Positions 37,140 to 47,612 of a DNA stretch of 64,000 nucleotides are shown here, in pieces. This DNA is from Felis catus. Lineage: Eukaryota. The position numbers and the translations under genes were made by a program. The stretch spans positions 193,442,001 to 193,506,000 of the forward strand of contig NC_058368.1 in NCBI RefSeq assembly GCF_018350175.1, given 5' to 3'. Under the pieces are notes generated by a model. It searched no databases and had not been told where the DNA came from. It worked only from the letters and a program-made list of their open reading frames with translations. Each line of letters opens with the position of its first letter. Position 1 is the first letter of the stretch.

Positions 37140-37445
37140 AACCCTTCCCATGACTCTTCTATGTAACTAGCTAGTTTTTCCTACTTTTACCTGACCTTGG
37201 AACCTTCTAGACATCCTGCCTTTAGGTTTATCTAAATTAAATCTCTACTCTTAACCATTTGTTTACTTATTCCTCTAAGCTCTTCAGTTCGGTTGATAGT
37301 TTCTTTCATCATCTTCTCCTGGGCTTGCAATCCTGTGTAATTTGGCATTTTCCATAAATTTGAATAATGTACAACTAGCTTCATCTTGGATCATTATAGA
37401 TTTTCATAAACAGTGCCAATATCTTTATAGATCCCTGTAGAGCTG
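37140..37445 (-). mobile_element. CR1/L3 LINE reverse-transcriptase fossil
   Basis: Minus translation with frameshifts: LQGSIKILALFMKIYND / QDEASCTLFKFMENAKL / ELKSLEE*VNKWL / RFNLDKPK, collinear with CR1 PQGSVLGPVLFNIFIND-LDEGIECTLSKFADDTKL...DLDRLEEWA.KW.MKFN..KCK. Confidence 0.7.
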
Positions 37446-37769
37446 GGCTGAGCTAATTCTTTTCCTTTTATTGTGGTGAGAACCCCTAATTTTGCCTTTG
37501 TCTTTCCCAGCTGGGAGAAATAAGAAGGCCATGAGTGTAGATGACCTGTCTAGCCTCATCTTGCCCATGGATGGTTGAGTGGTGAATAGAAGCTACTTCT
37601 CTCCAGCCTGCTGCCTGTTGCCAGGGGAACCATGCTTCCAGATAATGATCTCTCTCCTCTAGGACATCACACCTTGACCGAGGCTTCAGGAAAAGGGCTA
37701 GGGGAAGTCACCAGGGAAAATACTGAATTCTACTCTTCGTTCTTTCATTGGCAATAGATCTTGGGGTTC

Positions 37770-38365
37770 CTGCATTAGCTCATTCCTAGCATTTTCATTA
37801 CAGTGACCTTGCTGTTTCTGAATATTCCTAATTTTACTTTTAAGCTGTCCTGTGGGATGTGAGAACGCTCTTCCTCAGACTGCACAGCTATCTGACTCAC
37901 CTCATTCATGCCCTGCTCAAATGTTACCTTATCGGTGGCTTTCCCTGACCACTCTGTTTAATAGAATGACACTCCTACTCACACAGTCTCCAGTTCCCTC
38001 CATGCTTTGCTTTCCCCCATGTCACTACATGTTCTACTTTTTGCTTATTGTCTGTCACTGGACTGAGAGCTCCAGGAGGGCAGATGATTTATTTAATTCA
38101 TTAATCAATTTATTTTTATTAACAAATAATTGACATAGAACATTGAATAAGTTTAAGGTGCACACTGTGTTGATTTGATACATTTATTACAATATGATTA
38201 CCATTACAGTGTTAGCTAACCTCTATTACATCACATAATGATTTCTTTTTTGTGGTGGGAATAATTAAGCTCTAGTCTCTTAGAAACTTTGAGGTTTATA
38301 ATATAGTATTGTTGTCAGGTCAGTACTTTAGTCCATTTTGCTCACTGTATTCCCAGTGCCTAGAG
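37770..38365 (+). mobile_element. L2 3' end interrupted by an L1 fragment
   Basis: CTGCTCAAATGTTACCTT...CTTTCCCTGACCAC...GAGCTCCAGGAGGGCAG, resumes TTGCTCACTGTATTCCCAGTGCCTAGA. Confidence 0.7.
38090..38313 (-). mobile_element. L1MA9-like 3' UTR fragment
   Basis: AAGTTTAAGGTGCACA...TTGATTTGATACATTTAT...TCACATAA...TTTGTGGTGGGAA...ATAATATAGTATTGTT. Confidence 0.75.
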
Positions 38366-38495
38366 CCAAATAATGAAAGAGTAATTATGGAGCTGTGGCT
38401 GCTGATTTGGTCTTTATACATGGAGAGGATTTGACAATTTTCAGAGAGTTTTCACTTCCTTTATCTCATCTGATTTTCATAAAACCTAAAATTAT

Positions 38496-38858
38496 AATAC
38501 AAATCAAAACCACAATGAGACACCACCTTACACCTGTCAGAATGGCTTCCATTAACAACTCAGGCAACAACATATGTTGGCGAGGATGAGGAGAAAGAGG
38601 ATCTCATTTGCATTGTTGGTGGGAATGCAAGCTGGTACAGCCACTCTGGAAAACAGGATGGAGGTTCCTCGAAAAACTAAAACCAGAACTACCCTACGAC
38701 CCAGCAATTGCACTACTAGGCATATATCCAAGGGATACAGGCGTGCTGTTTCAAAGGGACACATGCACCCCCATGTTTATAGCAGCACTCTCAACAATAG
38801 CCAAAGTATGGAAAGAGCCCAAATGTCCATCGATGGATGAATGGATAAAGAAGATGTG

Positions 38859-38911
<53 letters not shown>

Positions 38912-38913
38912 TA

Positions 38914-38947
<34 letters not shown>

Positions 38948-39345
38948 GGAGTATTACTTGGCAATCAAAAAGAATGAAATCTTGCCATTTGCAACTACGT
39001 GGATGGAACTGGAGGGTATGATGCTAAGTGAAATTAGTCAGAGAAAGACAAAAACCATATGACTTCACTCAAATGAGGACTGTAAGAGACAAAACAGATG
39101 AATATAAGGGAAGGGAAACAAAAATACTATAAAAACAGGGAGGAGAACAAAACAGAAGAGACTCATAAATATGGAGAACAAACTGAGGGTCACTTGAGGG
39201 GTTGTGGGAGGGGGGATGGGCTAAACAGGCAAGGGGCATTAAGGAATCTACTCCTGAAATCATTGTTGCACTATATGCTAACTAATTCCGATGTAAATTT
39301 TAAAAAATAAAGAAGAAAATTAAAAAAGAAAAGAAAAAAGAAAAG
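38496..39345 (+). mobile_element. 5'-truncated felid-type L1 (ORF2 C-terminus, 3' UTR, A tail)
   Basis: Peptide HCWWECKLVQPLWKT...ELPYDPAIALLGIYP...CTPMFIAAL...CPSMDEWIKKMW; A-rich tail; TSD AAAACCTAAAATTAT / AAAACCCTAAAACTAT. Confidence 0.95.
38859..38944. repeat. (TA)n(CA)n microsatellite inside L1
   Basis: Read directly. Confidence 0.97.
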
Positions 39346-39409
39346 AAAACCCTAAAACTATTATCACTATTGTCAGAAAAGGAATCTTAACATCAGAAAA
39401 CAAGTCAAT

Positions 39410-39505
39410 TCTTTCCTTCTTTCTTTCCTTCCTCCCTCTCTCCCTTCCTCACTCCCTCTCTCCCCCCTCCCTCCCTCCCTCCCTCGGCCCTCCCTTCCTC
39501 CCTCA
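39410..39505. repeat. Polypyrimidine (CTTT/CCCT)n tract
   Basis: ~95 bp almost purely C/T on the plus strand. Confidence 0.9.
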
Positions 39506-39789
39506 TTTAAATAACTAACAATTGAGTGCTTTCCATATACATGGTGCTGTCACATAGCCTGCACTAAGTTCTGACTTTGACTTAATTTCTTAAGCATAGG
39601 GTCTTAGGTCAATTACTCAACACCTGAAACCTCACTTGAATGAAAATTCACTTGAAAGATGGAAGATACAAAGAGTACCTGGAAGGTGTCAAGAGGATGA
39701 AATTAGATATGTGCAAGCACTCAATACAATACAATGCCTGGCACTGTTAGCTGTTAACTAAATGGTAGCTGCTGCTTCTCTGTGCTCAC

Positions 39790-39905
39790 TATTGTCACTA
39801 CCACCGTCACCACCATCATCATATCACTGCCACCGCCATCACATCATTGCCCTGTCACCACCTACCATCACCAACGTCACTTCACCACCTCTACCGTCAC
39901 TTCAT
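39790..39905. repeat. Degenerate (CAC/CAT)n low-complexity tract
   Basis: CACTACCACCGTCACCACCATCATCATATCAC... Confidence 0.7.
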
Positions 39906-42890
39906 GTGCCAGTGTGTGCCAGGCATTGTGTTAGGCACTGTGGCTACAGAACAAAGACAAAAATAGCAATGACCTATACTTTGTGCTAATTGCCGTATAC
40001 ATCCTTAATCCTCACAGGAACCCTATGAAAAGCGTATTACTTTACACAAGCGGAAGACAGCAGAACTCTGAATTGCAACTATGTCTGCCTGATTATAATG
40101 TCCTTGTTCACAATCACTACACTGTACTCATATAATTTAGAGAGAGGGGTATTTATATAACTATTATGTTACAGTGTGATAACCGAAGAAAAATAGAGAG
40201 GTGCTATGTAAGCATATGGGAAGGCCCCCTCACTAGACTGAGGGAAGAGAGAGTGGTTGAAGAAGGCTTCTCAGAGGAGATGTCATGAGTTGAATCTTGG
40301 AAAATGAAAGGGAGTTAGCTGAGGCCTCGTGACTAGCCAATGGCAGAGCAAAGAGTGAGCTCTGTGACCGCTAGTTTGCTCCACTCCATGTTCTCTGTAA
40401 AATCCCACTCTGCAACACAAAAATTTTTTTATCTAGTCCCTGATCTCCAGTTGCTCATAAAGACTATTGTTGGCAAAGTGGCGGTTTCACCCTACAGCTA
40501 ATGAAGAATGCTTTGCCAAGTGCTGTCAGCTGCTCTCAAGCCATTCCCCATGGGATACCATTTATTATACATCTGAAGCAAGTCCATCATCACGATGTGA
40601 CAACTCCCGATCCCATGCAATTCCTCCCAAAAGAAGGAAGAATTGTAGTTCATGCTGATTCCACAGCTGTTCAGTAGTACACAGGAAAAGAGAGCACTTG
40701 GATATCTCTCAGAATATATACAAAGTGGAGAATGTGAGGAAGGCACAGATTTTGACTTTTATATGTTCTGTTTCTTGGTATCAGAGAAAATGAATTTGTT
40801 CTATGAATTCTCTTCCAGATGGTCAAAGGTTGCTTAATGCCATTGCCTGAACATCAAGGACTCTGGAAGAGACACTCAAGTGAAGCCTAGAGTAGAATGG
40901 GCTCAGGTCCAAGACTTTGTCACCGCAGGAAGGCAGGGTGGCCCTAAGGGACAGAGTAATGTAGGCCAAAGAAAAGTAGGTACAGTGGATCATGTGAATG
41001 CCTAGTTCATTGGTCAGTCTTCTTAGTAACTAGCAGAGATCTTAACACAGGGTAGGTATTTCAAAAATAATTGATAGATGAACTAATCAATAAGTTGATC
41101 AATAAGCCAACTGGTCAACCATGGGAGTCAAAGCAGAGAGGTCAGGCTAGTCATGGCCTGAGTGGCTATGAAAGTTGGTTTGAGATGTCTGGTGTTTAGT
41201 CTCTGAATGATGACATGTTTCACCAGAGGAAAGTCCATTCCATCTCAATCCGGGCATCACAAGGATGTGCAGTTCATTCAAGCCAGGAAAACCTGGCTAC
41301 AGTCTCCTTTCTGCCCACTGGGCAGTCACAGAACTCTTTCTTCTTCTTGCCTCTCTAGCAGAGCCTGATCTGATTTTGCAACAAGTCTCACTGAATGTTT
41401 TTGGAAATGCTTGGTCCTGCTGGAAGGTGTGTGCTGTTATGGAAAGGTGGACAGAGGCATCACTGGCTCCTCCCCATGTACACAGCTGGCTTTCCACAGG
41501 GGAAAACTCATCTCCCAGACCACACCGTCCTCTTGCTGTCTCCACCTTCACTCTCACCATGCACCTGGGTTCAACATGGTTTTTCAGAGCAAACTTTGAA
41601 CAAAGCAACACAATATCATATTTGCCAACTTGGAAGGTTCTGCAACCTGCCAGTTCTGACCTTCTCACTGGTCAAATGAGGAAACTGATGGGGCAGGGTG
41701 AGTCCAAACTTACACTGTAAATTGGGCCTAGAACCCACATCTCTGGATTCCTATTCACAGGTCAGTTTTGCTCTTGAGTGTTCCACACAGACTTTAAGAC
41801 TAGAGTCTTGAACCTTTGTACACCCCATTATCCCCTGGATTAAGTGGTAATAAAAGTGAAAATCTCCAGAGACTCTTAGAGCCTAGAAATCAGTACTTTT
41901 TGACAAGTGTACCCTAATAATTTAGGTACAGGGTGGTCCATGGACCACATTTGAAAAACTTGGGTTTCAAGGAATTTTCTACCTTCACTTATCAACCTCA
42001 TCTTACAGATTAACAAACTAAGGCTCAGTAAGGTGAGGTGGCCATATAGCAATTTAATTGCAAGGGCAGGACTAGAACCCAAGTGTGGAGAGTGAGATTC
42101 CCCAAGGCAGGGATGACATTAAAGAGCCGACTCACAATGAGAAAGTACATTCATTTTCAATTTCCTTTTAATCCTTTGATCAAGTAAAAAAGAAAATCTC
42201 AGTTTTGTGCTGTCTTTAAGACTTCTCTAACAATTATTAATCTCCACAGCCTACCACTATCTTTTTATTTTAAACAAAAAGGGAGCAAGAGTCCGGCTCA
42301 GAACCCTTTGTAGGTGATGGCTAGAATATGATATAGTTCTATTATCTTTTTACTTTTATAGTTTCTACCTATTAATGGCAGATGATACTAGTTTTTTTTT
42401 TCCTTTGTTGTAGTTCATAGGTCTCATTTTTAAATAAAAGTATAATTGTATATAAAGAGGCAAATGAATGCACACATATGATAAACACACAAAGACAGGG
42501 GAAGGACTGAAGCTTAAGAAACAGTGATCTAAGCAAACCTCATGAGAGAGTAACAAAGTGGCCAGAAACAAGGGAAATAGCCAGTGGTCCAGGCAGCGCT
42601 CAGTCCCAGGCAGTCTCGTGGCAAGGAAGACATCTGACATGATAATTTTAGAATACACCAGGCCTGGGTTTCATGAGGAAGGATCACCTATGCTAGGAAT
42701 AACATATTTTAGTAGTACAGCTTACAGGTTAGGTAGACTTTAGACTTAGGGGGAAATCACAATCATAAATAATCCAGGGGAACCAGGGGAAAATGATAGA
42801 AAGATTACACATATATCATATCCAGGTACCTGTAGGATGTGGCTCCTAATTGTTTAGGGGAATGGAACGTGGCTTATAAAATTTATTTTA

Positions 42891-43069
42891 GGGGTGCCTG
42901 GATGGCTCAGTCGGTTAAGCATCCAACCACAGCTCATGATCTCACAATTCGTGAGTTTGAGCCCCTCATTGGGCTCTGTGCTGACAGCTCAGAGCCTGGA
43001 GTCTGCTTCAGATTTTGCGTCCCCATCTCTCTCTTCCCCTCCCCACTCATACTCTGTCATTAAGCAATT
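42891..43069 (+). mobile_element. CAN-SINE nested in the tail of an opposite-strand SINE
   Basis: TAAAATTTATTTT at 42877 and 43070; CT tract and AATAAA largely missing. Confidence 0.92.
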
Positions 43070-43079
43070 TAAAATTTAT

Positions 43080-43117
<38 letters not shown>

Positions 43118-43137
43118 CACACAGTGGGGGGAAGGGC

Positions 43138-43188
<51 letters not shown>

Positions 43189-43314
43189 ATCCCAGGCAGG
43201 CTCCTGACTGTCAGCATGAGCCCAATGTGGGGCTCAATGTCACGAACCAGGAGATCATGACCGGAGCAGAAATCAAGAGTCAACACTTAACTGACTGAGC
43301 CACCCACATGCCCC
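43070..43314 (-). mobile_element. CAN-SINE (older type) with two (GA)n tracts
   Basis: GAAATCAAGAGTC...ACTGAGCCACCCACATGCCCC reverse head. Confidence 0.94.
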
Positions 43315-44407
43315 AGAATATGACTTTCAAATCAACTGGTGGAGACCCAATCTGAAGAGAGGGACAGGGACACACTGTGTGAACACAAGTGTCACACAGA
43401 AAGGCTGGCAGGTGGCAGTGGGGTGGGGCTCATAATCTGCAAGTTCAAGTGGAACAAAGCCCAAATCTCCTGGATATCAGCAGTCCTCCCTGAGGGATGC
43501 TAATATTGATCTGTGTGAATGTCATGTGAGCTAACCAAGAGCCATGTTCTGATACCATCGGGTGAACCTGCAGGCAGGCCAGGCCTAGAGGGGGCAGGGG
43601 ACAGGGTGATGGCTGAGCAATCAGTCGCTGGGGGAATAGACACATTTTAAAAGAGCATGCCACTTTGACAACCTGCTCTATTCATTCTCTGCTTCATGCT
43701 GCTTCCCCTAGATCTTACTGTCTTAGTCATAATATATCACCTTAAAATGTCGTGGGGTATACCCTTTAAATGAACAAACTTTATGGTATGTAAGTTATAT
43801 CAATAAGACTATTTAAAAATGCCATGGGAATGGGGCCTCTTCTGGACAATGTGTTCAGGGAAGCATGATTCCCCCACCATTCACCATCTCTGGATATTTC
43901 AGGAGCACCAGCTCACCTCATCTTTTCTTTCCTGTCAATACTCATCCTGCCGTTGTTGAGTCCCTCCCATCGGTTTCCTCCCACCTCCGTGGTCCTCGCT
44001 GTCCCTCAGCACTTTGGGTGATGATGAAAACAGATCAATGTCTCAGTCTTCCCAGACCCTGAACCAGATGTTTCTGCCATTCACTGCACCACCTCCCGAT
44101 CTCTTCTCTCCTCTGTAGATTCCCTCTTTTCCAGCAACACTCTGAACTGTCTTTTGTCAAATCGCAGAGCTAGTGAGAGCACAAGGTGTTAGATGGGGCT
44201 AGGATAAAGAAGCCTCAGTTTTCCGGTGATTATTAAAGGAACAAAACAAAACAACAACAAAGCAACCTGTTGTCCTTTGATTTCTATCAACTTGCAGAAA
44301 AAAAGGCTGGGAATGTGGTTGGTTCGTAGCACTGGCACCTCCGTCCTCAACTTGAACTCATGACTCTACTGGTTGAATATGCATTTGGGTACAGTGTTTA
44401 TCAATCT

Positions 44408-44621
44408 ATTAAAAAAATTTTAATGCTTATTTTTCAGAGAGAGAGAGACAGAGCACGAGTGGGGAAGGAGCAGAGAGAGCGGGGGGACACAGAATCCGAA
44501 GCAGGCTCCAGGCTCTGAGTTGTCAGCACAGAGTCCGAAGCAGGGTTCAAACTCATGAATTGTGAAATCATGACCTAAGCTGAAGTTGGACATTTAACCG
44601 ACGGAGCCACCCAGGCACCCC
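44408..44621 (-). mobile_element. CAN-SINE (SINEC_Fc-like)
   Basis: Complete element; TSD TGTTTATCAATCT / TGTTTATCTATCT. Confidence 0.95.
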
Positions 44622-45739
44622 CCTCCAATGTTTATCTATCTTGAAACCACTGACTCCCTGGTGCTGACACCAGGGCCCTCACGCTATTATGAAGTCCCTT
44701 ATAGACGTGATTACAGAGGTAGACTGCCAGAGACCTAAAACACAATTGCAATTTATTTCTGTGAATCACCTTTCACACTAAAGACATCACAGACAATGCA
44801 TCAGCAGCAGCACTGAGGGGGACCCAGGCAATGAGAGGCAGAAAGCAGGAGACACACAATAGCTTGACTGGAAGACTGTGGAGTTGGGGTGGGGGAGGGA
44901 GAGCTAGGGGCATGCAGAGAATGAAGAATGCTTTTGCCAATCAGACTCCATGGGGCCCTTCTCTAGGCCGGTCTGCAGGGGAGAAATCATTAGTTTTCCA
45001 CAGGGCCTTGATATTCAGGGCTGGGTCTCTGGGTTGCTGCCGAATTCCAGAGCTGGGGTTTGCTTTGCAAAGGTTGTTTATGTTCCTCTTATGTGTCAGG
45101 AGCCAGGGATGCAGAGTGAAGCAGACATCCTCTCTTTCCTCACACAGTTTAGAATCTACTGGCACACACCGTAGGGGGGTTGAAAGAGGACAGTAGGTAT
45201 CACTGGAAGGTTTGAAGGCTACCTGGTTCCCAAGGTGTCCCACTGCTCTTAAATTCTCATGTGTGCTGCCCACCAATCAGGCCTGGGGAACCGCTCTCTC
45301 TGAGATGAGTAGCATTGATATTTTTATTTTACAGTTTGAGGAATCTGAGGCTCGGAGAGAGTAATTAACTTACCCCAGCTCTGTCTCTTAGCAGAACTAG
45401 TATTAAAACTCAGACCTTCTGATCTCAGGACCCTTGAGCTTGAGCCAAAAAGGTGACCTGTCTCAATGAAGGCATTGGCAGTAGCAATGGAGAAGAGAGA
45501 ACTGACTGGAAATATTAAAGAGGTAGAAAAATAAGCCTGCTGCCCTTTCTCTGCAACCTCAAGCTAGTTAAGAGGTTAGCAGGAAGAGGTGGTGTGACGG
45601 AATGAAGCAAAATGTTTCTAAAAGGAATGTGAACCCCAAATTAAGGTTTTTCTTCAAAACCATGTTGGTTGAAATTTTCACTCAGCCCAGAGGATCCTAA
45701 CAGCCAGTGCTGAAGAAACGGAGTGCAAATTAATGGACT

Positions 45740-46615
45740 CTATTCAACAAAATTTGGTAGGGTGTCTATTATGTGAAATGAACTGTACTTAGATGCCTGG
45801 GCTGGGGGAGGAGTTGGGAAGGAAGAAGGCAAGTGACAGAAGATCCCCAGATGAACATGATAAGGTCTCTTCCCCCCAAAGGAGCTGCCAGTCTAAGGAG
45901 AGAGACAGTCATGCATACAAATCTTGCTCATGTAGGACAGAATAATAAGGGGTATCATGGAGGGAGGCTTATTCTTGTGGGGTCGGGGGTCCAGGAAAGC
46001 TTAGTGGTGGGAATTAGATCTAAAGTTATCTTTGAGGGAAAATTAAAAGTCTTAAGTGGAGAGAGGGAAGGGTGAAGACAAAGAGAACAGAAAGACATTG
46101 CTGGCAAACTGAGTAGCTTGATCTGAGGTGCAGAAGCAACAGAGTAAGAAGGGAGATGTGGCTCTGGTTGAGAACTCAGAAGTGAGCTGTGGCAGGGCTC
46201 AGGAGGAATATGGAAGGACAAATGTGATAGGACGGGGTCAGAGTCTGCTGAGCCTTGAATGTTACGGTGAAGACTTGAATTCATCATGAGTGTAACAACG
46301 GGTGGTATGGTAGATCTGTTTTAAGGTGGTGATCTGGACGGCATAAATAGGAATAGATTTGGTTGGTGGCAGGAAAAGCCTAGAAGCAGAGGCCAGTTAG
46401 GAGCTTTCGTCAGTACTGCCAGCTGCAGTTGTTGGAAGGATGACAGAGTCAAATGTTGGTGACAGTTCAAAGATATGGATAAGGGGTAAAGAAGACTCAA
46501 AAGACTCCGATTCTCTTTCCGGGTGACTCAGTGGACTACGGCACCATTTCTGAGTTCGGGGAGAAAGGACAGAAGAAAGTGGAGGTAAAAATTATCACCT
46601 TGGATTTAGACATGA
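45740..46615 (-). mobile_element. L2 LINE fragment
   Basis: TATTCAACAAAATTT...; purine-rich body; GGTAGATCTGTTTTAAG...GGCCAGTTAGGAG; TTGGATTTAGACATG. Confidence 0.7.
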
Positions 46616-46730
46616 ATAATCAATGACCAGCTGGCCTTTGTAGACACTTATTTAATATTGGGAATGGATGCTTTAGGTAGGGCTCCCTGGAGACCAAGAA
46701 GTAAAAGCTGCTTATATTCACCTTACTCAC

Positions 46731-46802
46731 CTTCCGAACACTGATTCGGTGAAACAATTTGAATAATTTATGTACTTCTCTACCACTAATCTGTTTGGCT
46801 GG
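46731..46802 (-). other. Candidate 72-nt exon (unverified)
   Basis: CATTCTCTAG|CCAGCC...TTCGGAAG|GTGAGT; multiple of 3; two of three frames open. Confidence 0.25.
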
Positions 46803-47470
46803 CTAGAGAATGATGTTCCCAAATCAAAAGTGAACGCGTTCAATCCACCATATATGCCAATTAACCCACTGATACAATAGATACAATAGATACAAACCAC
46901 ACCTCTGACCGCCCTAGATCGTCTATCCAATGCACTAAAAGACTACCCCAATTCTTAGATGTGCAATGAAATGAACGATAGTGATAGATGGTGGGTCAGT
47001 AGCAGTACTCTGTGCACATGTTCAACACTCTAAATTTACAGAGCAGTTTGCATCCACTTGCCTGATCCTAACAGCCCATTAAAAATGGCCTATGCTTCTT
47101 TAGAATGTAAAATCCATGTGCCATTCTCCATCCCGTAGAGCTTTTGATACACTCTACTAAGATGGATATATGAACCCAGTGGAGAAATTTCTTGGTTCAT
47201 AAAGAACCTACCCTCTGCTGAGCCAGAAAGACTTCTTGAAATGTTATTTCCAAGTATTAAGGCAAAAAAACCCCCAACAGATATAATAATTTTCTAACTG
47301 TGAAACCACGTGATAAGGTTGAATAAGCTTTTTCAAATATGCTATGCCCCTTCCCCTGAAGACACTGATATGTATCCCACAGAGGTCAGACATTGATCTG
47401 ACCCCTTGATTAAGACTGGCCAGAGCTATGAGTTCTCTTTCATAGAAGCCCAAGAAAAAGCATGGCTTAC

Positions 47471-47612
47471 CTGGGGTCACACTACCTGCAATGATGATCC
47501 CGAGGTTCAGGCCACAACCTGACACCGTCTTCCCATGAGCAACTGACAATATATTACCATCTGTGTATTTACCAGTTACATTTCCAGGCGAGAAATCTTT
47601 ATTATTCCATTA
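47471..47612 (-). other. Candidate 142-nt non-coding exon (unverified)
   Basis: TTTCGTTTCATAAACCCCTTCAG|TAATGG...CCCCAG|GTAAGC. Confidence 0.2.

Noticed and set aside
38608..39021. 137-aa ORF with clear protein similarity
   Set aside because: It is the C-terminus of L1 ORF2 in a truncated copy, disrupted by a microsatellite; not a host gene.
41265..41720. Overlapping 151-aa and 123-aa ORFs
   Set aside because: No recognisable homology, the plus ORF ends in a MIR fragment, and no strong splice sites bound them.
47485..47553. WD40-like peptide YIVSCSWEDGVRLW on the minus strand
   Set aside because: Bounded by stops, no matching acceptor and no second repeat; likely coincidence.
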